Assembly: GCA_051117555.1 (NCBI GenBank)
Contig: JBNPEG010000140.1
Span: forward strand, 1 to 31,452
Source of the DNA: Elainellaceae cyanobacterium
Lineage (GTDB): Bacteria > Cyanobacteriota > Cyanobacteriia > CAZCXK01
Length of the DNA: 31,452 nucleotides
Direction: 5' to 3'
Of the stretch, positions 26,620 through 31,452 are shown piece by piece. Position numbers and translations under genes: made by a program. Numbering within the stretch: position 1 is the first letter of the stretch; each line of letters starts with the position of its first letter. The notes under the pieces are model-generated. The model worked only from the letters and a program-made list of their open reading frames with translations, ran no database searches and was not told where the DNA came from.

Positions 26620-27933
26620 CTACTTGGCGATCGCCTTCTCGATTTGTTGAAACAGCACATCCTGCTTTCCAGGCAAGAAATTAGTCATCTTTCGCGCAAC
26701 TGAATGAATCCGAGGATGATTATGATCCTGCGCTCTACTGAATTGAGATGCGTCACCGAGAACAACTCCATCTCTGACCTCAAAATTTTCGCCGTCACTC
26801 GTTTGACAAAACCCTGATTGATCACTCTCATCAACCTGCTGAGACGCCGATGGTAAGTTTGGCGATGCAGCGGGTAATACGCGGGAATCACTAGCGACGG
26901 GTAAGGATGACGGAGACTCAGCCTGGCGATCAGCAGAAACTGAAACACATTCAACAAATCCTTGATTAGATTGCATCTCAGGCGAGGCAACATCTGCTGA
27001 TACAGATTCAGAATTTGGATCGATGCGTTGACTTCGCTCAGCCCGATTGGGCTGTGATGCAAGATTCAGGGGCAAAGAATTTTGCAAATTGGGTGAGGCG
27101 ATCGCTCCTGATGTATTACCTGAGGTATTACCTGAGATATCACCTGAATCACGAGCCGACACTGGCGAATTTGAACTCGTTGATGCGCTAGGCGTAGCGG
27201 TCTGAGATCTGACAACCTGTTGACCTGGGTTCGACGATTGGTCATCATCGACCGATACCGCAGCCGGTTGAAGCGAGCTGGATGAGGGCGATCGCTCATC
27301 ACCAGACGGTTTTTCGCCGAGTTGGTTAATGAGTGCCTCTAATTCACGAGCTTGTTGTTCAACGGATTTTTGATGGTTAGTGGTTTGGGGTGGGTTAGTG
27401 GTTTGGGATGGTTCAACGATTGGGTCGGTATTGCCCTGCCACGACGGTTGGTTTAACCGCACCGAGTCTAGTGACTGAATCGATTCGGGAGCCGATGGAA
27501 CGGCACGAAGCTCAGATAGATTGGCTCCCGACATCTCATCATCAAGAGAGGGCGTGGTTTGGGTCGGCAAGGAATAGCGGAGCGGTGATGAGGCAAACGG
27601 ACTATCCAGATCTGAGTACAGTAAAAATCCTACGGCGGCGGTTGCAGCTAAGCCGCCTGCCCCGGCTAGTCCAGCTTTGGCAATTGGATTAAACCATGAC
27701 CCAGATCGGACACGATGCTGATCGAATGAGCGATCGCCAGGATCCAGCCAAAAAGCCTCATCATCTACCGCATATCCCACAAATTCTCGATATCGATTGC
27801 GAAACATGGTTAGCATTTCGTCTGCCGAACCGAACCGAGGAGGGGCGATCGGGCCATCTCCAGCTAATATTGACTCCGATTGAGCATCGACAAACTTTGT
27901 GTAGTAAGAATTGAACGCGTTGGCAATAGACAT
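26620..27933 (-). CDS. Hypothetical membrane-anchored Ser/Pro/Gln-rich protein
   Basis: 437-aa ORF with one hydrophobic segment (AGLAGAGGLAATAAVGFLLY) and a long low-complexity C-terminus; no family recognised. Confidence 0.6.
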   Translation of the reverse strand: MSIANAFNSYYTKFVDAQSESILAGDGPIAPPRFGSADEMLTMFRNRYREFVGYAVDDEAFWLDPGDRSFDQHRVRSGSWFNPIAKAGLAGAGGLAATAAVGFLLYSDLDSPFASSPLRYSLPTQTTPSLDDEMSGANLSELRAVPSAPESIQSLDSVRLNQPSWQGNTDPIVEPSQTTNPPQTTNHQKSVEQQARELEALINQLGEKPSGDERSPSSSSLQPAAVSVDDDQSSNPGQQVVRSQTATPSASTSSNSPVSARDSGDISGNTSGNTSGAIASPNLQNSLPLNLASQPNRAERSQRIDPNSESVSADVASPEMQSNQGFVECVSVSADRQAESPSSLPVASDSRVLPAASPNLPSASQQVDESDQSGFCQTSDGENFEVRDGVVLGDASQFSRAQDHNHPRIHSVARKMTNFLPGKQDVLFQQIEKAIAK

Positions 27934-28028
27934 AGGATGAATGGGCTAAACGACTTAGTGATGACTAGTGGGTTCAAACCGACACACATTATGAATAGCC
28001 ACGCCTGGACTCACTAGATGGGTTGGGA

Positions 28029-28056
28029 GTGGAAGGCGCACCGAGTGCGCCCTCAC
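28029..28056. terminator. Hairpin between the sugar transferase and the hypothetical gene
   Basis: GGCGCAC-CGA-GTGCGCC stem; no clear U-tract. Confidence 0.3.
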
Positions 28057-28164
28057 TTATTCCTTCATCGGTTATGACAACAGTCAGCATTAGATGAATA
28101 GTCATACCCCTGACAAACCTCTTAAACAACCCATCCTGCCTAGCTCTTGTGCTTTTCGTGAAGA

Positions 28165-29598
28165 CTAGTAAGCTCCCGTTTTTTGCAGGACGACACTGAC
28201 CGTCCGAAAGAGAATCTGCAAGTCGAGCCAGAGTGACCAGTTTTCGATGTAAGACACATCAAGTTGAACCACCTGTTCAAAGTCGAGAATGTCAGAGCGT
28301 CCAGAGACTTGCCAAAGTCCGGTGATTCCAGGAAGCACTTCATGGCGTAGAAAATGGTGGTCAGCAAATTTTTCGATATCTCGGAGCGGCAAGGGGCGAG
28401 GACCCACTAAACTCATTTCGCCAAACAGGATATTGAACAGTTGAGGAAGTTCATCCAAACTATATTGGCGCAACACTTTTCCAACTCTCGTAATCCGAGG
28501 ATCGTCTTTGATTTTGAACAACACGCCGTCTTTGGTTTCGTTCATTGCTTCAAGCTGTTTTTGAAGCTGATCGGCATTGGTCACCATGGTGCGGAATTTC
28601 CATGCCTTAAACATGCGCCCTTTCAAACCGACACGGGTCTGTTTGTAAAAGATTGGACCGGGCGAATCGAGCTTAATGAGCAATCCGATGGCTAATAGAA
28701 TGGGTGATAGCAGCAGTAAGAGAATCAGGGCGCAGCACACATCAAAAATTTGCTTCATCCAGAAATCACTCCCGGTGATTAGCGGAGGCGAGAAGGTGAT
28801 GGAGGGCAAGCGACCCACTTTGAAAACTTCAGATTTGCGAACAGGAGTCTCCAAATTCAAGTTCAAAATGTGCAGTGTGATGCCTGCGTTGCGGAGGTTC
28901 CAGTATAGGAACATAGGATTTTTGACTTGAATCGGAGAGCAAATAAACACCTCGGAAACGCCTAGGCGACGAATGTTGTCGAGGGTCATTTCCCATCCGC
29001 TTTCTACGGCGTCGACATCGACCCAACCCAACAGGTTGTAGCGCTTTTGTCCGTCGAGAATGTGAAAGGATTTGTCAGCCTCATCGGGGCGGCAAATGAC
29101 AATGCTGGGATAACAGCCCCGCCCAGATTGCCGAATCGAGGCGATCGCTGCGTCTGCGAAGAATCGGCTACCGCAAATCAGTGCCGCACTGACTACGGTG
29201 ATGACCAGCATTAGGGGCCAAGACGCCAGGGAATCTGGCTGATAAAACAGCGCCGCGACCATCAGAGAAATTTGGGAAATTGCCAAAGCCTTGACTAACC
29301 CAAAATATTCACGGCGTTTTGCGCCAGCCGCATACAGGCTATGAGCGGCAATGAACCAAAGCTGCGTTCCGACGATTAAAAATAGCGCCAGGGGATTACC
29401 CTGAGTCTGCCAGGGGAAATTCAAGTGAATGCGATGCGCGTCTGCGAATTGCCACACCAGTGCTAGAACGGCTGCATCGAGAGAAACTAGGGTGATAATC
29501 CGTAGGACATCAATTGTGATTCCTTTACGCAGACCGGCAAAGCTTGCGGCTCGTAAATCTAGCTTGTGGTCGCGTGGATAAAAAACGGAGGGGACCAT
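28165..29598 (-). CDS. Polyprenyl-phosphate glycosylphosphotransferase (WcaJ/WbaP-like priming sugar transferase)
   Basis: N-terminal TMs; KQIFD...IKLDSPGPIFYKQTRVG...KFRTM...DDPRITRVGKVLRQYSLDELPQLFNILFGEMSLVGPRP...PGITGLWQVSGRS. Confidence 0.93.
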   Translation of the reverse strand: MVPSVFYPRDHKLDLRAASFAGLRKGITIDVLRIITLVSLDAAVLALVWQFADAHRIHLNFPWQTQGNPLALFLIVGTQLWFIAAHSLYAAGAKRREYFGLVKALAISQISLMVAALFYQPDSLASWPLMLVITVVSAALICGSRFFADAAIASIRQSGRGCYPSIVICRPDEADKSFHILDGQKRYNLLGWVDVDAVESGWEMTLDNIRRLGVSEVFICSPIQVKNPMFLYWNLRNAGITLHILNLNLETPVRKSEVFKVGRLPSITFSPPLITGSDFWMKQIFDVCCALILLLLLSPILLAIGLLIKLDSPGPIFYKQTRVGLKGRMFKAWKFRTMVTNADQLQKQLEAMNETKDGVLFKIKDDPRITRVGKVLRQYSLDELPQLFNILFGEMSLVGPRPLPLRDIEKFADHHFLRHEVLPGITGLWQVSGRSDILDFEQVVQLDVSYIENWSLWLDLQILFRTVSVVLQKTGAY

Positions 29599-30510
29599 TC
29601 GATAAACTCCTCTACGAACTCTGTCTTATAGATGAACAAGAGATTCGGTAGAGAGGCACCTCAAGATTGTCAGGGGGGGGAATACAGAATGCTTGTGACG
29701 AACCAATCAACTTACGGGCAGATCACGGTTGATTGGGGTTGATTGGGTAGCTACACCTCGGCAGTTTTTCAGATACCAAACTTAATCTTCGAGACCCCCC
29801 TTAATATTAAAAAGTTCCAACTGGATAAATGAGGTCTATTCCGCACAATTTCAGGCTTTTAATGGGAACTTTTTATAACCTTTGCAAATATAAAGGATTG
29901 ATGAAGTTATTCCGATTATTCCCGATCGCTTTATAGATTCTGTTCTGGTTTACAGTCTTAGATGCGTCGACTTCAAATCGAATTGCCCGAGACTTAGGTC
30001 CTCTCTATTAGTACTCAAAAGGAGACTTTGATGCCTTAAAAATAGTGATAAATATGCGTCAAACCTCTGCTGAGTAGCTAATAGAGCTGTGCCTGATATT
30101 AAGAATGATTCCTCGGACCTGATTGTTTGATTTAATTTAGTTGACTTGTTGAATTTCTGCCATCTATCAAAGGGATAGCTAATCAAACGGCTCACTGGAG
30201 AGATAAAAATATGTATTTAAATTGACAATTTAATGGCTTCTATTAATAGAAAAGCATTGATAGAGTCCGATTTATATTTTTTTAATATTGATAGGCTGAT
30301 CCCAGATATCGAGATGTTATCAGGCCATTTTGTTGAATTTAATACACTTTGCATCAGCTTCATAAATACGCTGAATCCTGGGGATTTTACTGGGAGCATC
30401 CCGAATGAGTCATGCGGAGATTGCTTCACTGCGTTCGCAATGACTAGAACAATATTTGCACTGACTATCCTGATTGACTGACAAAACTTGCCAAAACCCA
30501 GAACCGTCGA

Positions 30511-30571
30511 AGGGGCAGGTTTCCTGACCCCTACATCACCCCAATCGTGTAAGGGCGCGAAGACCGCGCCC
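30511..30571. repeat. Pair of REP-like short palindromes
   Basis: AGGGGCAGG-TTT-CCTGACCCCTAC (reverse strand begins GTAG) and GTAAGGGCGCG-AAGAC-CGCGCCC. Confidence 0.4.
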
Positions 30572-30634
30572 AATGTAGAATCTTTTATCAGTCAATCAGA
30601 TCTGAGAGTCACCGCGAGCCATCGCGAAGCAGTC

Positions 30635-31408
30635 TCAGCGCTGGAATAGCTTTTCTTGAATCACCCGGTAAAAAAATAGAGGATTGCCAACCAAATATCG
30701 GCTCCACAGGCGTTGCGGCTCTGTGAAGAGTCGTGATAGCCATTCTAAGCCTCGGTCGGTGAGCCACTGCGGACCCCGATATACCTCTCCTGTATAGAAG
30801 TCTAAGCAGGCTCCGAGAGGTAAGAATACGCGAGTCTGAATGTGGTTGAAGTTGTCCCAGATCCACTTTTCTTGAGCAGGCATCCCGAAACCTACGTAAA
30901 GCACATCGGGGTTGAAACGGTTAATTTTCTCGATAATGGCATCATTCTCTGCGCCTGATTTCTCAAAGTAGCCATGATGCCCATCGATGTTGAGATTAGG
31001 GGCGATCGCCCGCAGTTTTTGAATGGATTTATCCGTGATGCCGGGTTTACCTGCTAGCAAAAACACAGATACATCGGCCTTCTCACACGCCCGCGCCAAG
31101 TCTTCGATAAAGTCGGGACATGTCATGCGGTGGCACGACTGCATGGAATAGTTCATCAGCTTTGCGCCAAGCAAAACGCCAAATCCGTCGCAGAACACCA
31201 AATCAGAATTGTTGATAAAGTTGCGATACCAGGGAAGTTCGTAGGCAAAGTTTGCGGCTCGGATATTGACGTTTCCAATGATGGACCTTTCGTCGGTTTT
31301 GGCAGCGTTCACGATAGAGCTAATCAGGTCGTGAACCGTGACTTTATGGAAACGGGTCTTGAGGAGGGTGATTTCGTCAAAGCGCTGATTCTGGATGCAG
31401 TTGCACAT
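30635..31408 (-). CDS. WecB/TagA/CpsF-family glycosyltransferase
   Basis: DLVFCDGFGV, HHGYF, PDVLYVGFGMPAQEKW, LGACLDFY and RGLEWLSRLFTEPQRLWSRY motifs. Confidence 0.93.
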   Translation of the reverse strand: MCNCIQNQRFDEITLLKTRFHKVTVHDLISSIVNAAKTDERSIIGNVNIRAANFAYELPWYRNFINNSDLVFCDGFGVLLGAKLMNYSMQSCHRMTCPDFIEDLARACEKADVSVFLLAGKPGITDKSIQKLRAIAPNLNIDGHHGYFEKSGAENDAIIEKINRFNPDVLYVGFGMPAQEKWIWDNFNHIQTRVFLPLGACLDFYTGEVYRGPQWLTDRGLEWLSRLFTEPQRLWSRYLVGNPLFFYRVIQEKLFQR

Positions 31409-31452
31409 GGGAGTAGGGGAGTAGAGGAGTGGGTGGGGGAGTGGGGAGTGAG
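31409..31452. repeat. Short tandem purine-rich repeats (GGGGAGT/GGAGTAG; STRR-like)
   Basis: gggagtaggggagtagaggagtgggtgggggagtggggagtgag; runs to the window edge. Confidence 0.6.

Noticed and set aside
29950..30573. ORFs of 81-118 aa in the EPS intergenic gap
   Set aside because: No motifs, no clear RBS, two of them overlap on opposite strands, and one spans the REP-like palindromes.

Overview
Chromosomal window from a cyanobacterium, probably a filamentous Leptolyngbya/Oculatella-like strain. HIP1 (GCGATCGC) is abundant and the gene set is typically cyanobacterial. The window is mostly conserved housekeeping and accessory genes: DUF4079; DUF1830; a radical SAM, DICT/HD-GYP-like and pentapeptide-repeat run; an ftsH paralogue; an FMN reductase; a split GDT1/TMEM165 Mn-transporter pair with a YkgJ protein opposite psb30 (missing from the ORF track); prs; a TPR-CPBP intramembrane protease fusion; rpiA; TauE; def; a probable 6S RNA; phoX; an orphan PilB/GspE ATPase; pstS; a sugar-binding protein; an Xaa-Pro aminopeptidase; and two EPS glycosyltransferases. 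No transposase, integrase, CRISPR array, tRNA or rRNA was seen. The most interesting observations are: (1) a dispersed family of ~92-97 bp intergenic elements with TATAGC...GCTATA-like ends and a covarying GC-rich central hairpin (5 full copies and 2 deleted ones); (2) a TPR array fused to an intact-looking CPBP/Abi protease domain; (3) a catalytically degenerate DICT-HD-GYP protein; (4) a canonical NtcA promoter in front of DUF1830 and Pho-box-like repeats at phoX and pstS. All calls come from reading motifs by eye; no database searches were run.
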